64,000 nucleotides of DNA. It comes from Bugula neritina. Lineage: Eukaryota; Animalia; Bryozoa. The notes under the pieces are model-generated. The model searched no databases, was not told the origin of the DNA, and saw only the letters and a program-made list of their open reading frames with translations. The position numbers and the translations under genes were made by a program. The DNA lies in NCBI GenBank assembly GCA_964035545.1, contig OZ037767.1, forward strand, positions 10,426,581-10,490,580, read 5' to 3'. Shown piece after piece: positions 1 through 12,875 of this stretch. The stretch's first letter is position 1, and each line of letters starts with the position of its first letter.

Positions 1-29
1 TTTTGCTATGCTCTATCACATTTCTTTAG

Positions 30-428
30 ACTACAAAAGAGTCACCAGCCATTTCTCCAGCTTCTGCAACCTCGAACCACAAAACTGTAAAATATTCTTT
101 GGACTTTTGCACATCTGCAGATGAAAATTTAAATGGTAAACCAACATCAAGCACTTTAATCAATTGTTTTCCAAAATATTGAGTTTTCCATTACAAAAAT
201 ATACTGTGCCAACTGTAGTTTGGTGCTCATTTTAAATTGTGTACTATTGTTAATATAAGTCATGAATTATATATATATAGCATTGCATTATGACCATTTA
301 ACAATTTTGTAGAAAAGACAATTCCTTTCTCAGATTCTTCAACAGATGCAGATTCTCAAAGTTCGGATGATGACCCCCGATTTAACATATTCAGTAAGAA
401 AAAAGTTATCAAAAGAAGAAAACTCTGA
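30..428 (+). CDS. Last two coding exons (30-135, 334-428) of an unidentified gene that begins upstream of the window
   Basis: tttag|ACT...AAT G|gtaaac and ctcag|AT TCT...CTC TGA join in phase 1. Peptide: TTKESPAISPASATSNHKTVKYSLDFCTSADENLN-DSSTDADSQSSDDDPRFNIFSKKKVIKRRKL*, ending in a basic NLS-like tail. ATTAAA at ~642. Confidence 0.55.
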
Positions 429-1660
429 ACTAATTATTGTGGAAGCAGAACAGCAATTTGTGGACGCGATCTTTTAGTATAAATGCAATTCTGACTAGAT
501 GTTGCAGTCTAAGCAGTTCATTTTTTAGAATTTGGAGTTGCTGTTCCAATTAGCTACAAATTTGCAGTTTTATTATGGCAAATAGATAATACTAGCTGAT
601 AGCTAAAAAACTTTATGCCAAAGTGTGAATTACAAATGAAGATTAAAAAGGACACATGTAAATTTTATTATAGTTTATTATTGTATATATTATTTTGATA
701 ACATTAACAAAAATAGCATACCTTCATAAAAGATAAAACACTATACATGATAACATAGGGGGAATAGAGTGCTGATATATAACGTAAAGTCTCTATCAAT
801 AGCAACAGGATTGCAGGGATATAAGTGTCAGCAGATTCTGAGATGGGTGGGTACCTGAGGTACTCGATGGTGGGGCACACATCTCAAAGGAATTTGGGCT
901 ATACACATCATTGAGTAAGAAAATGTGCTGAGCGATAAAGCAACGGATAAAAGGGTTAAAACTGAGATCATAGAAAATTGAATTTGTGTGTTTAATGGGG
1001 CCATTGGCATATATATAGCTGTTTCCAAAGCAAAAACTGCTACATTGCTATGAATACTAGATTTAGGAGTGAAAAATAAATACAAGGTTTGTACAAAGTA
1101 ATTTACATTCAACTGTACATCATTGTCATACAATTATCTAACCGACTCTAAAAACAAATTAAAAAACTGGGCGTGTTGTATAAACAGCGAACATACATCA
1201 GCGAACTAGTATCCACTGGCAAATTATGAGCAAGATATTGCATATATGGATGAGCAAACGGCATGTTGCATTTGATGAACTGTCCAGTGTGTACAACTAC
1301 ACTAAACAGTATGGAGCACTCAGCAAAATATTCTTATTTATAATACATGGAGTTAAAAACCTTACCCAAGGAATATAATGTACAGCACCAAATGCTAACG
1401 TTAACTGTTTATGATAGAAGGTAAAAAGAGGGGAGCATAACACCTGGAAATATTAGACCACTGGAGGGACCTCAACTGACTGGGCTGAGATCTGAACTTG
1501 GCAAGACATATTAAAATATAACAGCACCTAATACTAAAATATGGAGCAATAATCTCTATAGAATATTCAGTTTTTTTTCTCACTAACCACAAAGTTAAAA
1601 ATACTCAGGAAACAGTAATATGATATAAAGTGATAAAACAACGTATGATGGTGGAGCCGC

Positions 1661-4600
1661 TTATTCTTTCAGAGGATCTCCAAACAATTTGTTTAGAATG
1701 GAGTTTCTTCGTCTTCCAGGATTAACATTTTCAGCCGTTTCTCTGCTATTTCCTCTAGTTTCTCTGCGGTCAACATTCTGCTGTTGCACCTGTTGCTGTA
1801 ATAGAATTGGTACAAGGTGATTGTCACACAGTGAGTACATAGAAACTGCAAGGTGATTGTCACACAGTGACTACATAGAAACTACAAGGTGATTGTCACA
1901 CAGTGAGTACATAGAAACTGCAAGGCGGTTATCACATAGTGACTACATAAAAACTGCAAGGTGGTTATCACATAGTGACTACATAGTAACTACACAGTTC
2001 ACAAAAACATGGTATAGTATTCTATTATATCAAATGGTGGTCTGCATCTTCTCCCACTTTACACCCATTTCCTATTATTACTCAATACACCCGATATTCT
2101 AGTACACAGAAAGGCCAAGGGTCCTATGGTTACATGGTGCTAGAATAAATAATATCCTGTTCATATGTTTCAAGACATTTAGCCCTCCTATAATATTATT
2201 ATGGAATATATTATGTTTTACAAAACGCAATGTTGGTTTATATTAACTAGTTTCAAGGTCTCTATAGCCAAGTAGAGGAAGGCTTAGTTTGAGAGCCACT
2301 AATGACTTATGAATCACTCGGATAAGTACCTAAGCAGTGGAGATCAGTTCGAAGGTAAGGGGGGTTAAATCTACCCCCAAACATTCCCTGCTAGTAGGTT
2401 AGTAGACTGAAGGGTAGAGATGTTGAATATAAAGCTAGATTCCCTTTAAATTTGTTTGATTGTAAACATTGCACAAGTTAGGAGTATGTCTGTATCATAG
2501 ATACGACCACTAGAACTTTGCTAAAGTTGGGGATTAAATTTTCCACTTTTAAATAAAACTTATAACTACAAGCTTTTTTCAAACTATATTGCCATTTAAA
2601 ATTGTAGTTTGTTACTTTTACCAATTGCTTAATACTTCATAATCATTTACAAAATATAGAACATTTTAGTATATTCAGTGATTATTTTGTTTATTCTGTA
2701 AATTGATTACTTTTTAAATTTGCTATAGCCTATTGTATGTGAACTCATGCTTATACAATGGTGAATATACCAACCATCAGGTTATGCTGGTTATGTCGTC
2801 TTCTAAGGCTCAAAGCACAAAACTCATCCGAGATGTCCCTCAAACTGGTTCCCATCTGCCTCAAAGTGTAAGGGGAAAGGAGGGCACTCTCTGACAAAGC
2901 CCGAGATCTCAATCCTCCACGTGGAACTACATCAGGGAGGGGCCCAGTGACATTTGCCATCTGTCCATCAGTGCCCTGCACTAAACACAGCATAGAACTA
3001 ATAGAATACTCAGACTAACACTTGGATGGGGGGGGGGGAGGGGGGAACTCAGATCTGCTATGATATAGAATATGAACCTGAACTGAGTTTGAATCTCCAG
3101 TTACATCTAAACAAATTATAAATAGCTTCAAAAGAAAAAAAAACTGGGAAGAATGAAACACTAAACTGGATGTGCTTGTTCGAGCTTGAAATAATAACAG
3201 TGATAATAACAAAGCAAGATGAATATTCATGCACTGGATTGTTTTTCAGATTATGATTCGTACTGCTTATTGCTGATTCAATTAAAACTGGCTTACAGAT
3301 AATGAGTAACTCATGACGTAAAAAGAAACTACATATGACATAGTTGGGAAATTTGTAGTCATGACTGGGAAATTTGGCTATTTAGGAAGTTTTATTATAG
3401 GCTGGCTTTTCCAAGTTCCATGTAGTATTATATAAGCTGACCTTCGACCTTATAGTCAGCCAGCTCTTCCATGCTTCTAAAATTAACTGGGCCAATTCCA
3501 ACTAATAATTTCAACACTTTTGGCAGAGTAGGCCTACATATAACTGAGCTAATTACTAAAACAAAACACCCCAATACATTGTGAGCCCAGCTTCTGATAC
3601 AACCACTAAAGTACTATGATTATTTCTACTACAGCTTTTTGTTTTTACAAGTTGTGGCAGACATGAATAAGATGGCTGCTGACCTACTCTAATATAGCAG
3701 ACATGATGCATATCATTACACTAAGATGCAGTGTCAAATTATTTTCCCCAGGGTCACACACTATTACCCCATTATTAGGCTGTTAAAGCCCAGTGTGTGA
3801 AGTATCTACCGAATCTTCACTACTGACATCCAGGGCTCAGCTAAAAGACAAGCTGCCTCATTACCAACAGCTTTCAGAGTAAAGATTACCCTTAATACAA
3901 AGTCTGTTGTTATATGCAGGTGCCTCTAAGTACGTGGCCCATAAAATACCCTTTCAAAGTATATCTCAGAAAAATCAAACTAAACTGAATTTGGTGGAAT
4001 TGTCAACTACTACAGTTGACTGTAGATTTTACAATTAACAATTTGGGTAAACAGTGTTTTTCCAGTTACTAATATCTATAATGAAGCAGTTTCCATAGAG
4101 CTGGGCTAATAACCATAGGCAACTTCAGTAAAATTTAATAAGTGGCTATACAATCTCCTTTTAAGAATATTATACTTATATTTTGAGCTACAGTGGTGTG
4201 ACAGGGTGTTATATTAGTGTGTGTTAAAATATATGCAATTATGCTGAGGTGTTCCAGTCTGCAGGATAATCTGACTGAAGCAACTATTAAGTTGTTTGTA
4301 TTGAAAGGAAGAAGAGAGATGGAGTTATTAGGGAGGCAGGCTAGTAGAGGGAGTGGGATGGGGGAGGTGAGTAGAGGGGTGTGGCTAGTAGAGGGAGAGA
4401 GGGGTGTGGCTAGTAGAGGGGGTGTGGCTGGTAGAGGGGGTGTGGCTAGTAGAGAAGAGAGAGCCAGCAGAAGAATTGCCAACTACTAGTGACAGAGCTT
4501 TACATCTGTGTGCCAATAAGCATCACATTATATATTACTGTATAGAATAATGTTTTGTTAATATTTTGGCAGATGACCAGAGAGATTGAAAATCTTTGTT

Positions 4601-7600
4601 AATTACAAAAGGCAAAGTGCCTTTTGAGCAAAATATTGCCATGGTGATGTGTCACGGAAAATTAATTTATCAGTTTAGTGCCAAAGCTATGATCTGTCAT
4701 AAACTTTAAGTAAAAACTAGTTTATGACAGATGGGGTTTAGAAAATATAGAAAAGCGTCATAGATTTATACAAATAATTATATAATACTAGAGCGTTTAA
4801 TTTAATCCTTAAATATTACATCCATCATTCTTCAACAGAGATAGTAAACTTCTTAATTGAAAAGCTTAAAGCCTACATTAACGGACCAATACTATGTTAG
4901 TTACATGCAATAAATTGTAGTGTATTTCTGTGTGCCAACTGTTGACAAGCATATCCTGTGCTATTAATAAACATCAAAATACAAAAACTACATGATTTAT
5001 ACACAACTGCTTTCTATTAAACTACTTGCAATGAATTTCTAATTATAAAACAACTTTTAGTAGTATCACGCTATAGAGAAATGCAAAAATATCACAATTA
5101 CCGCAGTCATAGTTGGCAAAGTGCCATACAAAACAGAGAAATCCTGTCCCTTATCTGAGGCGAGATAGTAACTGTGGAGAGAGAGTTCAATGTTAGAGAT
5201 ACTGCAGAGAATTAGTGGGTTCAGCATTACCTCATTTACACATATATCTACACACAGCCTACTGTATTCACACATGTTGACAAACTCACACACTCTGTTA
5301 GTTAGTATTCAACTGCGGAAAAACAAGCAAAACAGATGAGAATTCAAAAACTTTGAACCTACTTCTGCCATATCCTGAATGTGGCCTCTCTCCGTGTGTG
5401 TCTCCCATCACAGTCTGCCTTCGGGTCAACAGAGAATGAGAAGCTGCGGTTGGAGCAGAGGCGGCAGCAACAGATACAGGAGCAACAGCGCCCTCGCCAC
5501 TGAGGCAACTGTGGGTGACAGCAGACCATTTGCGTGGTATGTCTATAGGACTGCTGGTCGGGCTGTCATCATCTGCTAGTTCTATAATCAGAAGAGAAGA
5601 GTATTACATCCACCACTGACTGTCCAACCACTCAATGGACATCAGCTGAGGATTAGCTTCCATCTGGCAACTTGCCAACTCAGAATATTCAGGAACTGGG
5701 AGGCAAGAAGACACACTCTGGTCACTGGTCAGACTGAATATCCCAGCAGCTACACTGACCTGACAAGCTAGTGCTGCCAGTGAGATATATGACACCTAGC
5801 ACACCTGGCAGACACCTTGCATAGCTGTCAGAAGCAGCAGGTACTATTTCGGCAGCTGCTGACACAGCATAGTGAAAGCCACCAGTCAATATCTTAGGTG
5901 GCAGGAGTTGTGGTTTAATAAACCAGAGAGGTGATATAACAGACATGTATTATATAATCACTTCTGTATACCACATGATTATACCATAGCCAAGTGTAAA
6001 AACTTATTGCTGGCAGGCAGCCAAGATAGGAATAACAGCTAGAAGGACACGAACTACAGGATCCTACCCTATACACCTAGTCCCTACCTACTCTACACCT
6101 AGTCCCTACCTACTCTACACCTAGTCCCTACCTACTCTACACCTAGTCCCTACCTACTCTACACTTAGTCCCTACCTACTCTACACTTAGTCCCTACCTA
6201 CTCTACACCTAGTCCCTACCTACTCTATACCTAGTCCCTACCTACTCTACACCTAGTCCTTACACATATAGCAACTTGTTTTGTGAAATGCAGTTAGCTG
6301 ATAGTATGGAAGCAGGCAATTAGTGCATTGTTTGATAATGCCAATAGCCATAACAACTCTACTATTTTTGTTCAAATGAACTCTAATTAACTCTAAGTGA
6401 GCATAAACAGGAACATTATTGGGGTCAGCTAGTAGCGTGCTGGAGGGAGGAGTCAAACAGCTAGTGTGTACTGTGTAGAGTAGAGTTCATCTGCAGCTAA
6501 CAGAGTTCATCTGCAGCTTACAGAGTTCATCTGCAGCTTAGGGAGTTTATCTGCAGCTTACAGAGTTTATCTACAGCTAACACGAGATCATATAACATGT
6601 AAATTGATGGCCAACACTCACTAAACTCTGCAGTGACAAACTCCTCCCCTTCCTCAGTTGATGAGTCATCACCGTCAGTGCAGGTGCTGGGGGTGTGGTC
6701 ACTGAGCTGACTCATCTCAGAAGTGTCGTACTCTAAACATTCAACAAGGCAATGTCAAGGCTACAGCTGATATACTGAACTGTGACTTAGTAGCAGTACA
6801 ATACATTCAAACATGCATCCCACCAGTGGCAGTTCCTTGCCTCAATTGTTATACAAATATAATGACCAAGTAAAAATATATAAAAAAAACTTTGAAGTAT
6901 ATATTGTTTATAGCCCTGCCCCCCACTTGGTATTATTTAGTCATAGTAATTCACTCCATTAACTGCTATCAATAGTAGATGATTATATAACTAATAATTG
7001 TATAACCCCAGTCATGCAGAAGGGTGCTACTCCGATTTGTTCACTGTTTTTACAAGTGTTCACTCGAGCATAACGAGCACATGCGACTACGTGACAGCTG
7101 ATTCTTATCGTTGTACTAGACAGCTGTATTATATGGCGTGACCTGGCTAACTAGTAGCCATGCCGTGCGAAGTGTGTGCAGACGACAATTGCAGCCATAG
7201 TAATGTAAACTTGTCCGGACACGTTGAAGTGGGCCAGTCTGGTGCCTAGACCAAGAATTGATTATGTAAGACTTACCACCAGAATGGATGCCAAAACTCT
7301 GTATGCCAGAGTCGACAAATACATCATCATCGTCTTCTGCACAAGAGTCTGTATCGTACCTAGCAGTTGGCATTTCTTCCATGGATAAGTGACTGGCCTG
7401 GTGGTCGGTGGACTGATCACTCTACAGTACACATACTATAATATAGTACTACCACTACTACTACTATTATTACTACTACTGCTACTACTACTACTGCCAC
7501 TACTAGTACTACTACTACTGCTACTACTAGTACTGCTACTACTACTTCTACACACTACTACTACTACTACTACTACTGCTGCTAATACTACTGCTAATAC

Positions 7601-8570
7601 TACTACCACTACCACCACTACTACAATTAAGTACTACACGCAAATATTTACACCATTTTCTACATGATTACCAAATCTTATTATATCTTTAAACTTTCAA
7701 AATGAACTCACATGAACTCACAATCTTTCAAACTCATTCTGCTACTTCCTAATAATACTTTTATACCAAATCCATTGGGCTGATTGATTTCTGGTTACAG
7801 GCCAGAGTATGGGTCTACCCACAATCCCCTTCCCAAACAAGTTCTTAGATGTCCAGATTTAATATGTTAATTGTTGGCAAGTGTTCATTTGTTACTCACT
7901 CCACCAAGCTATAATTGTTATCACTACGTAGTTATACCCTACTGCTTTACAAACTGCTATTGCAAGAAACGTAAACATTATTTCCAAAGCCATTGCTTCA
8001 TTTTTCAACCAAATTTCTAAATACTTGGGCATGAAGTAAATAATCATAAACTAACATACAAGTTAAATGACTGAACGTAGGAGCTACTAGTAAACTGGCA
8101 ATATGCCAAACTGGTGTATTAAAAGTAAATGAAGTCAGAGAAAAACCCACTGAGCAAGTAGAGAAGCAATTAGCCTGTCAATAGCAACAGCCAGGTGCAG
8201 CTGCGAAAACAAAAAGGGTGACACTGCCATGCTGTAGCTGAATCAACAGAAAGGTGTTTAAAATTAGCTCCAGACACACACTTTTAACACGACTGTGATA
8301 TAATATTGCTAGAGTAACCAACTAATATACATCCAGCAGTTAATATGCAGTATATTGAGACCATGTTGCACCCATCTCTATAGTTACAGTATGATTTATA
8401 ATTGTAGAAAGTTCTAGACTATCTGAGCATTTGATTACCCACAAGCAAAGATATGATGATAGCCTTAATTCCTACGGTGACTAGCTACTTACCGGAGGGG
8501 TGCTGTGCACTGGATAAGTAGAAGAGATAGATTCACCAAACAAGAACCTGTCTACCGGAGATTGCGCCAT
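1661..8570 (-). CDS. BH3-only pro-apoptotic protein, BAD-like (~297 aa, 6 coding exons)
   Basis: Exons 8570-8493, 7421-7277, 6732-6622, 5581-5363, 2980-2775, 1795-1661. All introns are GT-AG and phases are consistent (0,1,1,1,0), total 894 nt. The start lies in an ACCATGG Kozak context. Exon 5 encodes GLRSRALSESALLSPYTLRQMGTSLRDISDEFCAL, compared with human BAD [28 protein letters not shown]. The rest is low-complexity and acidic/Ser-rich. Confidence 0.75.
1812..1990. repeat. ~39-bp minisatellite (~4.5 copies) next to the last acceptor of the BH3-only gene
   Basis: Unit ~caaggtgattgtcacacagtgagtacatagaaactg. Confidence 0.85.
4325..4465. repeat. G-rich degenerate tandem repeat (ggtgtggctagtagaggg)
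   Basis: Visible repeated ~18-bp unit in an intron. Confidence 0.7.
6066..6260. repeat. 22-bp minisatellite (tacacctagtccctacctactc) x~9
   Basis: Directly visible. Confidence 0.9.
6482..6582. repeat. 20-bp tandem repeat (agagttcatctgcagcttac) x~5
   Basis: Directly visible, ~40 bp into the intron after exon 3. Confidence 0.8.
7446..7624. repeat. (TAC/CTA)n trinucleotide microsatellite
   Basis: Directly visible; accounts for the poly-L/T/S/V ORFs. Confidence 0.9.
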
Positions 8571-11500
8571 GGTAGCAGTAGCTGGAGAGCCAGTGTAACA
8601 CCCGCTGTCCCTACAAAGTGTCTCACTAGATTAAGGAAAGAGAGGGGCAGTGAAGATGAACAAATTGATACTGAAGATGAATCACTTCGACTGACACAAT
8701 CAGTTAATAATGTAGTTATCACAAATACAATGCAAATAGAAATGATCATTAATAGAACATAATCACTACTCCCCAGGCATGACCTGGGTTGACCCCACCA
8801 AGCCAAGGCAAGCCCGAAACCCCTTAGACCTGTAATTATAAGTTGTTGACAAACACTTGATAAAACAATAGGTCTTCCCCAACCACACTCCACACCAGCC
8901 ATCACCTGACTTCACCATACCTGACTACCCCATACCTGGTTACAGGTCTGTCATCAATTTTGATGGCTTTTGGGAGGATTCCTTTAGGTTGCGTGCACTT
9001 TTTACCAGTTTGACCTGAAGAATCGTTGTATTCTTTTGGCATTCCAGCAGATGCCATAATATCTACAGTATTAAAATGGCACACTGCTATATCAACTGTA
9101 TATACAATATTACAATGGCACCCTGCCACTGTAGCTATATATAGTAGTATAATTTGATGTTGCAAATTACACTAATGATACATTAAATGCCCATTAGTAC
9201 ATCTAACAGCACTTTACAAGATGATAAAAATTCAGCAAAAAAACGTTGTTGTAAAACATATTCAGTAAACTACAATCACGCACAGATAAGTGGTTAGGTA
9301 AAATGATCACTTATGATAATTATTCCCTCCTTAATAACTTACTAGCAATGGTGGCATTAACAAAAATAAGCTACATTTTACTGTATAAATTGCACCAAAA
9401 GCATTTCATTAACTGTGCGTGGCTTGTTAACCATGTCACTTATATTAGACTGGTAAGTAAAAGCAGCAGGTAGTTCTTTATTCTATAATAAATACTGCTA
9501 CACTTGTCTTTGGACCCTGGCTAATCTATATTTATGAGTCTAAGCTCATATCAAATGCTGTACAAATACTATGATTACAATGCATGATGCAATGCTTACC
9601 TGAGTACAGATTATTATGTGTAGTTGAACTATCAAGACTCTACTTGAATGTGGACCACACTTCGGCTCAATCTACAAATTAAGTGCTGTGATTATATAGT
9701 AAGGAGTGCTACACCTGACTTTCACCACTCAAAGCTAATTACATTGTTGAATGAGCAGAGATTAGAATGTTAAAATAAATCCCTGACACACTTCATTTTT
9801 GCAGTATTAAAATATTTATATAAGAATATATCTTAGCTATCATCTAATACTGAGGTCGGCATACTTGGACAATTTTGTTTTCTAAGAAATTTCATGCTCA
9901 TGCTAATGATGTTTCTGTTTGCATTGGAGTTGGTGATGTTATAAAACTAATAGTAGTTATTACTAACTTATATAATACCACTGACTATACAGCTAAACCA
10001 AACATTATGAGCATGAACACAGAAATTATTATAAGAGACAATCATTTGAGCATACAAACCTCAGTTTGTAGATGATAGCTAAGATATACATGAATATTTT
10101 AGTGATACATAAATGAAGTGCTTCAGGGATTCATTAGATTAAAACAAGAGAAATTACTAGCAACACAAAGACATGGCTGAACTGCTTTTGTAAACCAGTG
10201 ATAATGTAAAGACCCAACATATTGCCTGTGATAACTGAGCAGCTATCAACAAAATCTCTTTAGCGATGGAGGCTACAAAATCAGATTAACTCACCAGGCA
10301 AAGAAAGAAACTTCTAAAAAAGGGGTGCCAAGTCGTTTGATATACTTGAAGTTTTACTTCATTCAATTTGCTGATAAAGTAAGAATCTACTTTGCAGTCT
10401 CTTTGGTGAGATCTGTCAAATAAACATTGTTATAATAGTAGAAAAAGACGACATTATCATTTTGATAATGACCCAAAAGAGGTTAAAATTGAAAGCATTA
10501 TCGTAAATGGGTGCAAGACCATTTTCGAAAGCAAGTTCCTTATTTTCAATGTTGGGCTTGACTAATACTTGAAAAACTAAATTACGAAGTGTTAATAGTT
10601 TCCACTCTAAGATATCACTTTTCATAAACAAAGTTGGCTAGTATGAAATTACACAATTGAAATATAACAGAAATTACTCGAGCCTAAAATGACTTGATTC
10701 AATATAGTCGTGAAACTAATAGCTTTTGCAAAAAGGTGGCTTTTCAATTTTAGTGTATGTAGATTTCAAGTTGGTAGATCAAAATGGACTCCAATTGTTT
10801 ATTCACACTATGACTTGCTATGAAAATTACCCAAGGCATTACAGAAGATTATTTTATTTAGTCGAGTAAAATAGTAAATACAAAAATGTAAACATAAGTA
10901 AACATAGACTACACCCCTCCATCAATTACTAAAACCCCTTGATCTAAACCTAATGCTTAGGAAGCATTATCTTATTGTTATTTATTTCCGTGGTCTAAAT
11001 CATAATTATAATACTTGCAGCAGAATTCAAAATTAAAATAACCATTTATTGTCTTATTGGTATTCATTATATTTTAAACCACATTGTGAAGTTTGAACAA
11101 ACTGGTATGATAAAACTAACATTGTAGGTACTACAGCTCTGTTGCAATGCCACTCTTATATTTTTACTTTGTGACGTACAGCTAGTGTTACAGCTACTAT
11201 GATCATCGCTATCAGCAAAACTGTATTCAAGAGTAGCAGTGTTACATTCTTGCAATTAAATTCTGAGTCAATAGATTATAATGCTAATCCTAGAATAACA
11301 ATAACTAATAAGTATTTGTAATACTAATAGCAATGGCAATTGCCAATTGTATTTGTACTAAAAAAACTCAATAGACTTAAACTGAGTCTCCTGACTATCA
11401 CCATTACCATCATTACTCCTTAGAGTTACAGTTACTCTTTCTGTTAGTTGAACCAAATAGTAAATCAGAATGTAACAATAAACTACCAAGACAATAACGA

Positions 11501-12223
11501 CATATTGATAATATAAATAATAATTAGACTCACAATCAATCTCAGTATCAGTATGAATAACAAGTAGGATTACAATAAATACTGAATTTAAATAATATAT
11601 AATAATAATTATTATAATATTATTTGAGATAATTTGATTACAATACTTATCATAATCATCTGATCTTACCATAACAATAATTATACTATTAATATAATTA
11701 TAAACCATTATCCTTATAATAATATTTACAATAAAACGAGTAATACTAATACTTATACTAATAGTAATACTAATAGTTATGATCAACACTCATATTTTAA
11801 TAATAATTAAAATATGGATATAATAAAATAATAATATTGAATGCCGATATGAAACTGAAATTCAATATGAATAATAATATTAAACTGAGAAGCCGTAGGC
11901 ACTGTTGGTTAGTATTACTGTTAGTATTACTCGTATTCAATTTGATATGCGATTAGTTTGAGTTCAGTTGACTGTTGACGTAACGGACTAACGCCAACGG
12001 TAGTACTAGTACTTACTACTTAGTAGGACCAGATGGATGTAATTGTATAAAATAAATCCAAGTTTTAAACTGAGTTTATAAGCAATACAACTGTATTTAC
12101 TAATAAAAAGACCAACAGTTACGTTATATACTGCTGTTAAACTTTATAATCTAACAAAATGGTTTAGTTGGCTAGAGTAGCGTTGAGAAGTATTAGTAGC
12201 TTTACTAATAAGCATTCGTCCAC

Positions 12224-12402
12224 CACGTGATATGGAGTGATACTGGGCGGGCGAAAGTTTACTGTTGACTCTGTACGTTTGCGTTCTGTCGTAGGGACCA
12301 ATAAAATAACGCGTGATAATGAGTGACCAATAAAATACAAATGTCAAGTTTGTTATTACTTAACGGAATTTCCATGCTAAGCAAGCATGCCCAAACACGT
12401 TT
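12224..12402 (-). promoter_or_regulatory. Putative promoter of the BH3-only gene: E-box, GC/E2F-like box, twin CCAAT boxes, kB-like and p53-like elements
   Basis: CACGTG 12224-12229; GGGCGGGCGAAA 12245-12256; GACCAATAAAATA at 12296 and 12325 (29-bp spacing); GGAATTTCC 12365-12373; AAGCATGCCC-AAACACGTTT 12383-12402. Local CpG enrichment. A candidate non-coding-exon donor (gtaagt, - strand) lies at 12016-12011. Confidence 0.5.
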
Positions 12403-12875
12403 TCTTCAAAACCCGCCATGACCTAGCATTGCCCATATTGGGCACCCAGGTCCCGGAGTACTGTTGAGTTATAGAAGATAACTCCGGTAACTTTAGGGCT
12501 TGGGCATAATATTATTTGGGTAGACGAGTAGTACAGGCACTAAAAAGTTTTCATTTCAAATTTTAAACCTACCCTCTTCAACAATAAACATTTCTACCTC
12601 TTAGCATCCTGCAAGGTTGTGCTAGCTTTTAAATAATATTTTTAGAAAAAAACAAACGCTTACTTCCAGTAAAAATGTCTTGTCATTTAAAACAAAATTG
12701 TATATAGAAATTATTGCTTTTATTTTTGTGTATATAAATTATATGTTACAATTACAAATTCATTAGTTAACTCTGAAAAATATTCAGCATACATAATATA
12801 CTTTTAAAATTGAAGTTTTGAAGGTCAAACATTGTTATTTAATTGCTAGGTAAAAACTTTGCAGTTACTACACCT

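Noticed and set aside
8552-9165. ORFs 8552-8905 and 8902-9165 as the BH3-only N-terminus
   Set aside because: They are in a different frame from the Kozak ATG at 8570. An acceptor at 8611-8612 suggests the upstream sequence is intron.
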